Source: Candidatus Electrothrix sp. GW3-4
Lineage (GTDB): Bacteria; Desulfobacterota; Desulfobulbia; Desulfobulbales; Desulfobulbaceae
Direction: 5' to 3'
Length of the DNA stretch: 32,000 bases
Assembly (NCBI RefSeq): GCF_037902255.1
Contig: NZ_CP147990.1
Coordinates: forward strand, 960,001-992,000
The notes under the pieces were generated by a model that ran no database searches, was not told the DNA's origin, and worked only from the letters and a program-made list of their open reading frames with translations. Each line of letters starts with the position of its first letter. The stretch's first letter is position 1. Below are positions 16,491 through 25,030 of the stretch, piece after piece. The translations under genes were made by a program, and so were the position numbers.

Positions 16491-16650
16491 ACTTTTTAAA
16501 AGCGGACGTTGGATTTTAAAAGAAGAGAGGTCATTTTTTAAAACAGAGCTCTCTACTTTAAAAAATATGTCCTCATCTTTTTAAATAGGGTCATGGATAT
16601 TAAAAACTGAGGCCTGACTTTTAAAAGGTGGGCCGAGGATTTTAAAAGAG
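16491..16650. repeat. array of eight phased T(3-6)A(3-5) cores with about 21-bp period, non-coding
   Basis: T|A junctions fall at 16497/98, 16517/18, 16539/40, 16559/60, 16582/83, 16601/02, 16622/23 and 16643/44. Spacings are 20, 22, 20, 23, 19, 21 and 21, mean about 20.9 bp. GC-richer variable linkers separate the cores. Confidence 0.8.
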
Positions 16651-16806
16651 TCATCGCCGCCTTTTTGTTGGTTGCCCGCGCTGTGAAAAAAAGGAGAGGC
16701 ATCCTGTGAGAAGGGTGGCTCAGCCTGGAGCGAGGACCGAAGGGGATGAAGAACAGGGCGTTTTTTCTGACCTGCGTACCGAGCAGCTGATGAGTGGAAG
16801 GCATGC

Positions 16807-19149
16807 TTACGGAACGTTATGCCTGCCGGTACCATTCATCTGCGCCAGATATTCCTGTAATCGCTTATGGATGAAGTGGTAGCTTCCACCGACTCGTTGC
16901 AGCAGTTTGCGTTGGTGCAGGTCTTCCAGCCAGATTACCAAGCGGAATGGCAGTTGCCCTTCTTGCCAGAGAAGCACTCTAAGTATATAGTGCCCCAAGA
17001 CAATGTCAGCACCGAGAAGAATAAAACAACATATTGACAACATAAAGTAACCATAATACAAGAAGGGTATGTTGAAAAAATATCCTTCGATATTAAAAGA
17101 ATAGGCCAATAAATTTACTCGGACAAAAATAAGCATGGCTGCTGTGCTGAAAACAGGGGCCAATAACAAACTGCTTCGTACAGCGTAAGTAAGACCTTGA
17201 CCGGGAAACGCTGCGTCCAGCACTGGATTTTCAAGTTTCTTCAACCCGAAGGTGAGCCCGAAAGTTACCCCAATAGCCAATCCCAAAGATACCCCTGCAA
17301 CCAACCCCAAAGCTGGACCGAAGATCAATCCTGCCATCAGTCCGTAAACCAGCCAGACAGTGAAATCTATAATATTTTTTTTCAAGTTTTGAAAAAAAGA
17401 GATTGAAACGGGTCGTTTTATCTTCCCGATTATTTCAATGTGTTTTAGATCGGTATAGCCTGTAGGATATATTCCTGAGGACATCGCGGTTGAAAGCAGC
17501 CCTAATGCCAGCCCGAACACTATTGCATAATTCGGCCCCGTAGCCACCAGCCCTTCAGATAACGCATAATCCAGCCGATAAGGCAGCAGCACATAAGCTA
17601 GCAGTCCCAAAAGAGCCAAGGCGAAGGCCGCATAATAAAACACAAGAGTTGCTGTCCATTTCTTGGAGCCAAGTAACCATATAAATAATTCATGCGTTAG
17701 CAGTGCGGATAGTCCGTAAGCTAGCCCGAAAGTCATCCCGCCAAAGGCCAAGCTTCCAGCCAGGACTACAGAACATCCTATAATTAATCCGTAAATCAAA
17801 ATATACGTCGTTTTAAATCTCCGACTATGATTCAGCCAACTCGGCTGCATCTCTTCAATTCTAAGTTCCACCATCCCTTCGGAGGTCATCCTGTCAGCCA
17901 AACACCGAAGCCAATATAGCGCCTGCTTTTCAGTGTACCTGTAACGCCTTTCACTCGGAGTTTCCGAGCATAGTCTACCGGACGGTGTTCCTCTCAGGCA
18001 GCAATTTAAATAAAGCCTCCAGAGAAACTGTTCCGCATCCTCTCCCCTCTTCATCCCGGCATGACCGGTCAGCAGTTTTCCTTCTTCCAGCTGAAGCATA
18101 ATGCTGAGGAAAAGAGGCCTGCCAGCCAGCTCCATCAGTGTTGGTTCCGCCTGAAGAAGCCGCCATAAATCCTCCAGCTTCTCCTGCCTGAGATATGCTT
18201 CCAGTCGTTGCGCCGAGATATCATGAAGAACGAGAGCATTATTTAGCTGCACTTTCTTTTTCAGTTGTCGGTACTCCGTGACCCGGCAGCAGAGCAGCAT
18301 GGGGTGACCGTGCTGAAAGGCGTTGAAGGCCTCGACAAACCTCTCTTGCAATTCTCCCTTGAGTTCATCCAGACCGTCGAAGAACGGAAAAATAAGCTCA
18401 CCTTGAATCAGCTTTTGGGCCCGTTCCTTCTTGAGATCATATTTGACCACCAGCTGATGCGCCATCCAGGCGGGCAGGGTCCCTCCATTCCATTCCGAGC
18501 ACTCGAACACCACCGGCAGAGGGTTCTGGATATCCTGTTCCGCTGCCTCCAGGATGTGGTCGAAGATCCGCAACAGGCAGGATGTCTTGCCACTCCCCGG
18601 TTTGCCCAGGATTGCGAGCCGTTGATTGATGTCCGGCTGATTGAAGATCTCGACTACATCGCGTTCGATGGTTCGTGCCGTGCTTCCTGCCTGTTCCAGG
18701 GAGTATTCAATGACCTTCTCCCGCAGGGAATGGGCCCGTGAGACGTCGGTGGGCGAGAAGTTTTTGGGCAGCGTAATAGAGCCGTGTTCACCGAAAAAGG
18801 ACTCAAGGCGACAGGAGAGATCATTGCGAAAGCGCCTGAGCAATTGCTCTCTCAGCCAGGGAGGACAGAGGTCCTCTTGTGTTGCCTGCATGGAATTCCT
18901 CGACTTGCCCTCGGGCTGCGCCTCAAGCTCTTGCAGCTCTTTTTCCAGTTGCCACCTGTCTTCCTTTACTCGGGTGATAACCTGATCCAGGCGAAAGCGT
19001 TCCTCGGTACGGGTTTCTCTTATTCTGTCCCTCTCTAACTCAGCAAGTTGTTGCGTTAACAGCGTCCACTGGGTCTGTATTTCTTCCTTGCTGGAAGAGG
19101 CTTGCCGGTTATGGAGCATACAGTCTTTTTCCTTTGCAAGGCAATTCAT
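16807..19149 (-). CDS. NACHT-family STAND NTPase with N-terminal coiled coil and an inserted polytopic glycine-zipper membrane domain
   Basis: Walker A is ILGKPGSGKTS (aa 180-190). Walker B is LIFPFFDGLDEL (aa 252-263), followed by LLCCRVTEY and GRPLFLSIML. About 8 hydrophobic helices occupy aa ~447-725, including GLMAGLIFGPALGLVAGVSLGLAIGVTFGLTFG. The C-terminus is GGSYHFIHKRLQEYLA, the NACHT winged-helix signature. An alternative start is the ATG at 19119, which has AAGGA upstream. Confidence 0.8.
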   Translation of the reverse strand: MNCLAKEKDCMLHNRQASSSKEEIQTQWTLLTQQLAELERDRIRETRTEERFRLDQVITRVKEDRWQLEKELQELEAQPEGKSRNSMQATQEDLCPPWLREQLLRRFRNDLSCRLESFFGEHGSITLPKNFSPTDVSRAHSLREKVIEYSLEQAGSTARTIERDVVEIFNQPDINQRLAILGKPGSGKTSCLLRIFDHILEAAEQDIQNPLPVVFECSEWNGGTLPAWMAHQLVVKYDLKKERAQKLIQGELIFPFFDGLDELKGELQERFVEAFNAFQHGHPMLLCCRVTEYRQLKKKVQLNNALVLHDISAQRLEAYLRQEKLEDLWRLLQAEPTLMELAGRPLFLSIMLQLEEGKLLTGHAGMKRGEDAEQFLWRLYLNCCLRGTPSGRLCSETPSERRYRYTEKQALYWLRCLADRMTSEGMVELRIEEMQPSWLNHSRRFKTTYILIYGLIIGCSVVLAGSLAFGGMTFGLAYGLSALLTHELFIWLLGSKKWTATLVFYYAAFALALLGLLAYVLLPYRLDYALSEGLVATGPNYAIVFGLALGLLSTAMSSGIYPTGYTDLKHIEIIGKIKRPVSISFFQNLKKNIIDFTVWLVYGLMAGLIFGPALGLVAGVSLGLAIGVTFGLTFGLKKLENPVLDAAFPGQGLTYAVRSSLLLAPVFSTAAMLIFVRVNLLAYSFNIEGYFFNIPFLYYGYFMLSICCFILLGADIVLGHYILRVLLWQEGQLPFRLVIWLEDLHQRKLLQRVGGSYHFIHKRLQEYLAQMNGTGRHNVP

Positions 19150-19403
19150 GCGTCTGCCTGTCGAGTATCTATTTATTCCTGCCTGTTGTTGTCCATGAAA
19201 GGAAACGACTCAATATCAGGACGTTTTGAACCTTATTGGTCAAAAATAACAGAGAACGCGCTTTTGTCAAATGCGGAGTTGCAAGAGGGGAGGATATCAC
19301 ATGATAAAGAGTGGGTAGTCTCTATATTACAGGGCAAAAACGAAGTGCGCAGTGATGAGGGGGATACAGCGGGATCTTCCAGATTTGAATCCCAGAGGCA
19401 GGG

Positions 19404-19442
19404 CAAAAAAAAACCGGGTTACGCGCCCCGCACGCACCCGGT
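19404..19442 (-). terminator. rho-independent terminator after the two-CW gene
   Basis: Minus strand has ACCGGGTGCGTGCGGGGCGCGTAACCCGGT followed by TTTTTTTTT. Confidence 0.75.
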
Positions 19443-19465
19443 ACCTTATGAATTCAACAGACAGA

Positions 19466-19750
19466 CTATACAATAGCGAGTAACTCTGTATCTTCTTTCC
19501 TGATCATGTTGTAAAAATCACATTCATGGCATTTAATAAATCCTTCTTTACACCGGCAGCCGAACGTGTCTTCTGATAGATATGTCGAAGCCACAACCCA
19601 ACAGCAACGGCCACCATTTTTCCCATCATGGATTCCATCGGCTCTTTCATCAATCGTAGCAGGACATACTCCGTGCAGAAAGGTATTTCTACCACCAGGT
19701 TCTCTCCCGCAATCCATAACCTCCCAGCAGTTTAAATGCTCCCTTTTCAT
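19466..19750 (-). CDS. stand-alone Cys-rich 'two-CW'-type domain protein (94 aa)
   Basis: Start set at the ATG at 19750 (GGAGGAGAAAGT upstream). The product is MKREHLNCWEVMDCGREPGG......GVCPA.......DGIHDGKNGGRCCWVVA......F.C......C.ECDFY. I recognise this pattern as the two-CW domain usually found at the N-terminus of deltaproteobacterial sensor kinases (from memory). Confidence 0.65.
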   Translation of the reverse strand: MKREHLNCWEVMDCGREPGGRNTFLHGVCPATIDERADGIHDGKNGGRCCWVVASTYLSEDTFGCRCKEGFIKCHECDFYNMIRKEDTELLAIV

Positions 19751-20196
19751 ACTTTCTCCTCCTGCCAAAAACGAAAATTCCATGATGTACAAAACGATTC
19801 AAAAAACACCGAGACCTGATTAAGGATAACTTTTTGTACCTCATGAGGTCCTTGTTTAATTTTTACAACAATTCAAAAAATTGTACAATGGGGAAAAATA
19901 GACGAGGAAAAGGGGAGAAAGCAGTGAAGCGGTGGGTGAGGGATATTGTCGGGCAGATCTTTGCTGTTTCATTCCGAGCCCTCGCGCTGGTATCTTTTTG
20001 GAATTTTTTGAGAAGAGCAAAGAAAACAAATTTGTCAAACAGCGTCTGTGGTGAAAGATGAGCAGGATGAAAGAAGTTCTGAATAGTTTGCCACCTGTCG
20101 ATGATTGCATTATACTGCCGAAATACTATGACTTCAACGCCGATCCGTCCAGGACGGATAATCAGTCCGTAACTCCATCGCCCTGTTAATCGCCTG

Positions 20197-23100
20197 ATGA
20201 AACCAGACAACACACCCCCTGCCCGAAGCCCTTGGCGCAAATGGCTTTTTCTTTTCCTCCTTCCTTTCCTGATTCTGTTCGTTGTCCTCTTTTTGGCTCT
20301 GACGAGCGAATTCGGCTTTCGGCTGTTACTCCGCACGGCAGATACCCTGAGCGGACCTGTGTTTTCTGTACAGGAAATAGAGGGGCGGCTGCTGAGTCGC
20401 TGGCGTCTGGGCAAGGTGCGGGTCCATATTGACAAGGTCGTTGATGTGGACCTGGATGAGCTGGTCTTTGCCTGGTCCCCTGAGATGTTGTTTCAGAAGA
20501 GACTGGTTTTGCATCAGGTGGCTGCCCAAGGGTTGGTGGTGCAGTTGACTGGGAATGAAAACAAGGAGGAAAAAGAGGAGAGAGAGGGGCCGCTTGCCAT
20601 GCCGACCATCAAACTGCCCTTGGATATTGACCTTGAAGACCTGCACCTTCGTGAGGGTAAGATATTTTTTTCTGAGCAGGGTAACCCGCTTGTCATTCAA
20701 GAGGTTATCTTGCAGGCCAAGGGCCGCAAGCAGCAACAGGAAACGCAGCAGGCCAGCCAGCTCGATATTCAACGGATTAAACTGGACCTTCGCGATTACG
20801 GGGTGGATCTTCAGGGAAAGGTCGCCTTCCATGATGGCTGGCCCCTTGCGCTGAAAGGGACGTGGCGGGTTGCCGATCCTGGCATCAACGATCTTGACGG
20901 GACTGCGGACTTGCACGGGGATCTGAATGATCTGGCTGTCTTCCTAACCCTGGTTACACCGGCTGAGGTCACCCTGGAGGGCAAGGTGACAGATATTTTG
21001 AACGATCTTCATTGGCAGGCCGCAGCCAAAACCGGTCATTTCCACCTCAACGATATCAAGGTCGATGTCCCTGTAGACGGCACCCTGACCATTGTCCAAG
21101 CATCGGGCACTGTGGGCAGCTATCAAGGAACCCTGGCCGCAGATATCCATTATGAGGGCTATCCGCCAGTTCAGGCTGAGGCCAAGGTGATTGCTGAGGA
21201 TTATACCGGTCTGGCCATTGAATATCTTGCTGTTCATCATGGGGACTCCACCTTGAGCACCCGAGGCAGGATGAAGTGGATAGGTGGTTTTTCCTGGCAG
21301 GCAGAGCTGGAGGGAAAGGCGCTTGATCCCTCCCTGGTTGCGGAAAGATGGCCAGGGAAAATCAATGGGCTGATTCAGAGTCAGGGACAACTCGGCGCCT
21401 CAGGGACCTCGCTGGAGGTGAATATCAATACCCTGAACGGTGAGCTGGCCGGTTTTCCCTTGCAGGGCAGCGGCGGGATGGCGTTGAATAAGCAGGGACT
21501 GCTGTTCAATGACGTGCATGTTCAGGCCGGTTCTGCGCAGGCCGAGATTGACGGACGCATTGCCAAGGATAATTCGTTGGACCTCAAGGTCCGGGTGGAA
21601 TCAGAGGATCTCTCTGCCTTTTTTCCTGAGTATGCTGGCAGTCTCCATTTGCAAGGCACCGCCACAGGCAGGCAGGAAAATCCTGGGCTTGATTTCGCAC
21701 TGGAAGGGGCTGATTTGCACCTGGCAGGCTATGATTTTGATAAAATCCAGGCAAATCTTGCTGCTGATCTAGTCATGGAAGGCGAAGAGAGCGGTATGAA
21801 GATCAATGACCTGCATTTGCTGGTTAATGAGGATATGGTGCTGGATGTCATTGGTCAGCTGGGCTGGGCCGAGGGTATTTCCTGGCAGGCGGAATTGACG
21901 GGGAGTAATCTGAATCCAGGACTTTTTTTGCCTGAATGGCCGGGAAAGATCCAGGCCAGGATACGCTCGCAGGGAAGTAAGACGGCGGAGAAGTTGCTCG
22001 CCACAGTTGTTCTTGATGAACTGAGCGGTGCCCTGCGAGACCTCCCTTTACAGGGCAGTGGTGCTGCTGCGATTGACAGCAAGAAGATACAGGTTGATGC
22101 CTTGCACGTGCAATCCGGTTCCACCAGCCTAGATGTTGATGGAAAGGCGGATGAGGAACAGCTCCATTTCACGGTTCAAGCCCGTTCCGATGACCTGAGC
22201 CTTCTGGTGCCCGAGCTCAAAGGTGCGTTTACAGCGACAGCTGAAGCGCAAGGGGTCGCTGCTCAGCCAGATGTGCAGCTGACCTTGAATGGTTCAAAAC
22301 TCGTCTTTCGCAATTATTCCCTGCAAAATCTGCAAACGGATCTGAAGGCAAAGCTTGTTGTGCAGGGAGAGGAGCAGGGGGCCACTGTGGATGACCTGCA
22401 ATTGGTTCTGAATAAAAAGAGCAGGCTTGCAGCACAGGGGAAAATTGGCTGGAGTAAGGGGATTTCCTGGCAGGTCGACCTGACAGGGGAGCAGCTTGAT
22501 CCTGCCCTGTTTCGTCCAGAATGGCCTGGGAATATCAAGACCGAGATCCATACCCAGGGAGAGAAAAAAGCAGAGACGCTGACGGCCCAGGTCCAGATAA
22601 AAGAACTGGCAGGAAAACTGCGTGATCTCCCGCTCTCCGGGAGCGGTAAGGTTGAGCTGAACGACAAGCAGATTCTGATTGATAAATTGCGCCTTGGTTT
22701 GGGATCGGGGTACATCCTGGTGAATGGCTCGGCTGATCCTAGCCAGCATTTTGATCTCAGCTTTGCAGCGGAATCAGAAGATCTGGCTGGGGTGCTGTCA
22801 GGGGCTGAAGGAAATGTTCAGCTTCAGGGAACGCTGAAGGGAAAGGCCCAGCAGCCTGATCTGGACTTGAAGATCAAGGCCGGAAAGGTGCGCTATGAGG
22901 GATACCAACTCAAGCAGCTCAACGGCAGGGTCAGGGCTGATCTTGCCGAGCAGGGGAAGATTGATGCGGGCCTCAAGGCCTCCGGGATGCAGGTTAAGGA
23001 GGAAAGGATCAATATGGCTTCTTTGCAGATTCAGGGCAGCACAGATCAGCATAGCCTGGAACTTACCCTTGATGGGACACCGGGAAAGGCCCTGTTGGCA

Positions 23101-24963
23101 GCGAGCGGTGGGCTCAAGGAACAGACTTGGCAGGGCGAATTGACCCGAATGACCTTTGAGCATGAGCAATTCGGTCAATGGGCAATGCGTCAACCTGCTG
23201 GTCTGCATTTTTCTGCCAAGGAAGCAGCACTTTCCGGTTTTGATCTGCGCCATAATAAGGATAAGAATCTTAAAATTGCCTTAGATGGCGATTGGAAGCA
23301 GCAAGGTTCCTGGCAGGTCAAAGGAGCTATCGATAATTTTGCCCTCAAGCTTTTGCAGGAATGGCAGTTGTCGGTTCCTGATCTAGAGGGGACAGCAAAG
23401 GTAGAGTTGACAGCCCAGGGACGGGGGGGAAAGCCGGAACAGGCATTGATCACCATGACCTTGCCCAAGCTTTCCCTGACCACGGAGAGTTTTGAGGATA
23501 ATGGGGAAGAAGTGGGTACTACGGTCTGGACCTGGACCAATAATATTATCGAGGCTCGCCTTCAGGATAAGGTCACCCGTTTACATGCCCGAACGGAATT
23601 CCAGGATAATAGTGATGCAGACCTGGAAATTCTCGTAAAGAATTGCAGCGACTTCAGCAAACCAGAAAAAATGCCCTTGAGTGGTCAGCTGAATCTCAAT
23701 ATGAAAGACCTCACCCCGATAGCCCATCTCACCAATGAGGTGGTTCAGGCCACGGGAAGATTTGGCGGCCGCATCCTTTTTGGGGGTACTGCCCGTAAAC
23801 CCACGGTGAACGGTAAGTTGGCTTTGAGTAAGGGCAAAGAGAAAAAAGGCGAGATTTTTGTGGCTGCTGCCGGAATAGGGCTGGAGGATATTCAGGTCTC
23901 CCTGGAAGGAGATAGTACATCCAATAAACTGGATGCGCAGCTCCGCTCCGGGGAGGGCACACTGAAACTCTCTGGTACGGCGCGCCAGGGTGCTGACCAA
24001 CACTGGCTGGCCGATGTTGTCATCTCCGGTGAGAATTTCCAGGCAGCAGATCTTTCTGAATATCGTGCTGTGATCAGTCCAGAGCTTCGCCTGCGCTATG
24101 CGGAAACAGGAACTCGGCTCAGCGGTACAGTGGTTCTGGACAAGGCAGAAATCGCTCCGACAGGATTCAGCGGTGCAGCCTCTTCCTCTGCTGACGTTAT
24201 CGTGATTGACGACGAGCAGGCAGTGAAGGGTACTTCGCCCATGTATCTTGATCTGCAACTCGTTATGGGTAAAGAGGTGCTGGTGAATACCTTTGGCCTG
24301 AAGGGGTATCTTGATGGCAGTTTAAAGATTAAGGCTAAGCCAGGTCGTCCGATTACCGCCCTTGGCAATCTTGATCTCCGGGATGGCACCTTTGATTTTG
24401 AGGGGAATATGCTGGAACTCAGCCAGAGTCGGGTCTTTTATCAGGGAGGGCCCATTGATGATCCAGGGCTGGATATTCTGGCATCAAGAACGATCGATAA
24501 GGTCGAATTGGGCGTACGCCTCACCGGGACGGCGAATAATATGGAAATGCGCCTGTTTTCCGATACGGCTATGGATGAATCAGAGATCCTCTCCTATTTA
24601 TTAACCGGTCAGGATATCTCGAAGTCATCCTCAGATGGTGAGGAAAAGGCGCTTTCTCCAGCAGCAGCCACCTTGGGCAAAGTTGGCGGTGGCGTCCTGC
24701 TCAAGACCGTTGATCCCCTCAAGACCCTTGATATGGAAGGTCTCGTGGATCTCAGTATCGGTGGGGGCGAGGACGCTTCAGACGTGTCTCTGGTGATGGG
24801 CAAAGAGATCTATAAGGACCTCTATATCAGTTACGGCAAGGATCTTACCGGAGCTGGAGGTACCTTCAAAGCTCGTTATGATCTGAAGTATGGTTTTTCC
24901 GTTGAAACGGCGACCAATGCCAAGACCAGCGGCGCTGATCTGCTTTGGTCATGGGAACATTAA
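20197..24963 (+). CDS. tamB: TamB / AsmA-like translocation-and-assembly-module protein (DUF490 C-terminus), 1588 aa
   Basis: N-terminal membrane anchor (WLFLFLLPFLILFVVLFLAL), a very long beta-rich body, and a C-terminal DUF490-type end: LRLFSDTAMDESEILSYLLTGQ....LVMGKEIYKDLYISYG...........YDLKYGFSVE. Confidence 0.85.
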   Translation: MKPDNTPPARSPWRKWLFLFLLPFLILFVVLFLALTSEFGFRLLLRTADTLSGPVFSVQEIEGRLLSRWRLGKVRVHIDKVVDVDLDELVFAWSPEMLFQKRLVLHQVAAQGLVVQLTGNENKEEKEEREGPLAMPTIKLPLDIDLEDLHLREGKIFFSEQGNPLVIQEVILQAKGRKQQQETQQASQLDIQRIKLDLRDYGVDLQGKVAFHDGWPLALKGTWRVADPGINDLDGTADLHGDLNDLAVFLTLVTPAEVTLEGKVTDILNDLHWQAAAKTGHFHLNDIKVDVPVDGTLTIVQASGTVGSYQGTLAADIHYEGYPPVQAEAKVIAEDYTGLAIEYLAVHHGDSTLSTRGRMKWIGGFSWQAELEGKALDPSLVAERWPGKINGLIQSQGQLGASGTSLEVNINTLNGELAGFPLQGSGGMALNKQGLLFNDVHVQAGSAQAEIDGRIAKDNSLDLKVRVESEDLSAFFPEYAGSLHLQGTATGRQENPGLDFALEGADLHLAGYDFDKIQANLAADLVMEGEESGMKINDLHLLVNEDMVLDVIGQLGWAEGISWQAELTGSNLNPGLFLPEWPGKIQARIRSQGSKTAEKLLATVVLDELSGALRDLPLQGSGAAAIDSKKIQVDALHVQSGSTSLDVDGKADEEQLHFTVQARSDDLSLLVPELKGAFTATAEAQGVAAQPDVQLTLNGSKLVFRNYSLQNLQTDLKAKLVVQGEEQGATVDDLQLVLNKKSRLAAQGKIGWSKGISWQVDLTGEQLDPALFRPEWPGNIKTEIHTQGEKKAETLTAQVQIKELAGKLRDLPLSGSGKVELNDKQILIDKLRLGLGSGYILVNGSADPSQHFDLSFAAESEDLAGVLSGAEGNVQLQGTLKGKAQQPDLDLKIKAGKVRYEGYQLKQLNGRVRADLAEQGKIDAGLKASGMQVKEERINMASLQIQGSTDQHSLELTLDGTPGKALLAASGGLKEQTWQGELTRMTFEHEQFGQWAMRQPAGLHFSAKEAALSGFDLRHNKDKNLKIALDGDWKQQGSWQVKGAIDNFALKLLQEWQLSVPDLEGTAKVELTAQGRGGKPEQALITMTLPKLSLTTESFEDNGEEVGTTVWTWTNNIIEARLQDKVTRLHARTEFQDNSDADLEILVKNCSDFSKPEKMPLSGQLNLNMKDLTPIAHLTNEVVQATGRFGGRILFGGTARKPTVNGKLALSKGKEKKGEIFVAAAGIGLEDIQVSLEGDSTSNKLDAQLRSGEGTLKLSGTARQGADQHWLADVVISGENFQAADLSEYRAVISPELRLRYAETGTRLSGTVVLDKAEIAPTGFSGAASSSADVIVIDDEQAVKGTSPMYLDLQLVMGKEVLVNTFGLKGYLDGSLKIKAKPGRPITALGNLDLRDGTFDFEGNMLELSQSRVFYQGGPIDDPGLDILASRTIDKVELGVRLTGTANNMEMRLFSDTAMDESEILSYLLTGQDISKSSSDGEEKALSPAAATLGKVGGGVLLKTVDPLKTLDMEGLVDLSIGGGEDASDVSLVMGKEIYKDLYISYGKDLTGAGGTFKARYDLKYGFSVETATNAKTSGADLLWSWEH

Positions 24964-25030
24964 GCGGGGAAGCGGCCTAAGGGGCGGGATGGGAGTTATG
25001 CCTTTGTACCAGTCCGGAATAAAAAAGAAA

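Noticed and set aside
16491-16650. Possible CRISPR array
   Set aside because: The units are only about 21 bp in total, the conserved part is just a 7-9 bp T/A core, the 'spacers' are about 12 bp, and no cas genes are nearby.
16553-16835. Minus-strand ORFs 16553-16804 and 16581-16835
   Set aside because: They run through the phased T/A array and overlap each other and the NACHT stop. The translations are low-complexity with no RBS. The region is better explained as non-coding.
19180-19195. Sigma-54-like element TGGACAACAACAGGCA (minus strand), 31-46 nt upstream of the NACHT ATG at 19149
   Set aside because: GG and GC are at the correct spacing, but the -12 box is AGGC rather than TTGC and the -24 box is TGGACA. 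This is too weak to call without a scoring matrix or transcript data.
19102-19476. Plus-strand 124-aa ORF between the NACHT and two-CW genes
   Set aside because: It spans the minus-strand terminator/repeat element and the NACHT promoter region. It has no RBS, and its sequence is shared with non-coding repeat copies elsewhere (27712-27797).
19834-20435. ORFs 19834-20061 (+), 19856-20110 (-), 19863-20435 (-) and a 43-aa plus ORF at about 20059-20190 in the two-CW/tamB divergent region
   Set aside because: They are mutually overlapping. The 190-aa minus ORF only gets its ATG from inside the tamB coding region, and none has a convincing RBS or motif. A degraded gene remnant cannot be excluded, but I cannot support a call.
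20232-24803. Many 60-225-aa ORFs inside and antisense to the tamB gene
   Set aside because: All are nested in the 1588-aa TamB frame, which has the recognisable anchor and DUF490 end. Their sequences lack any motif and reflect the long open antisense frames of a repetitive gene.
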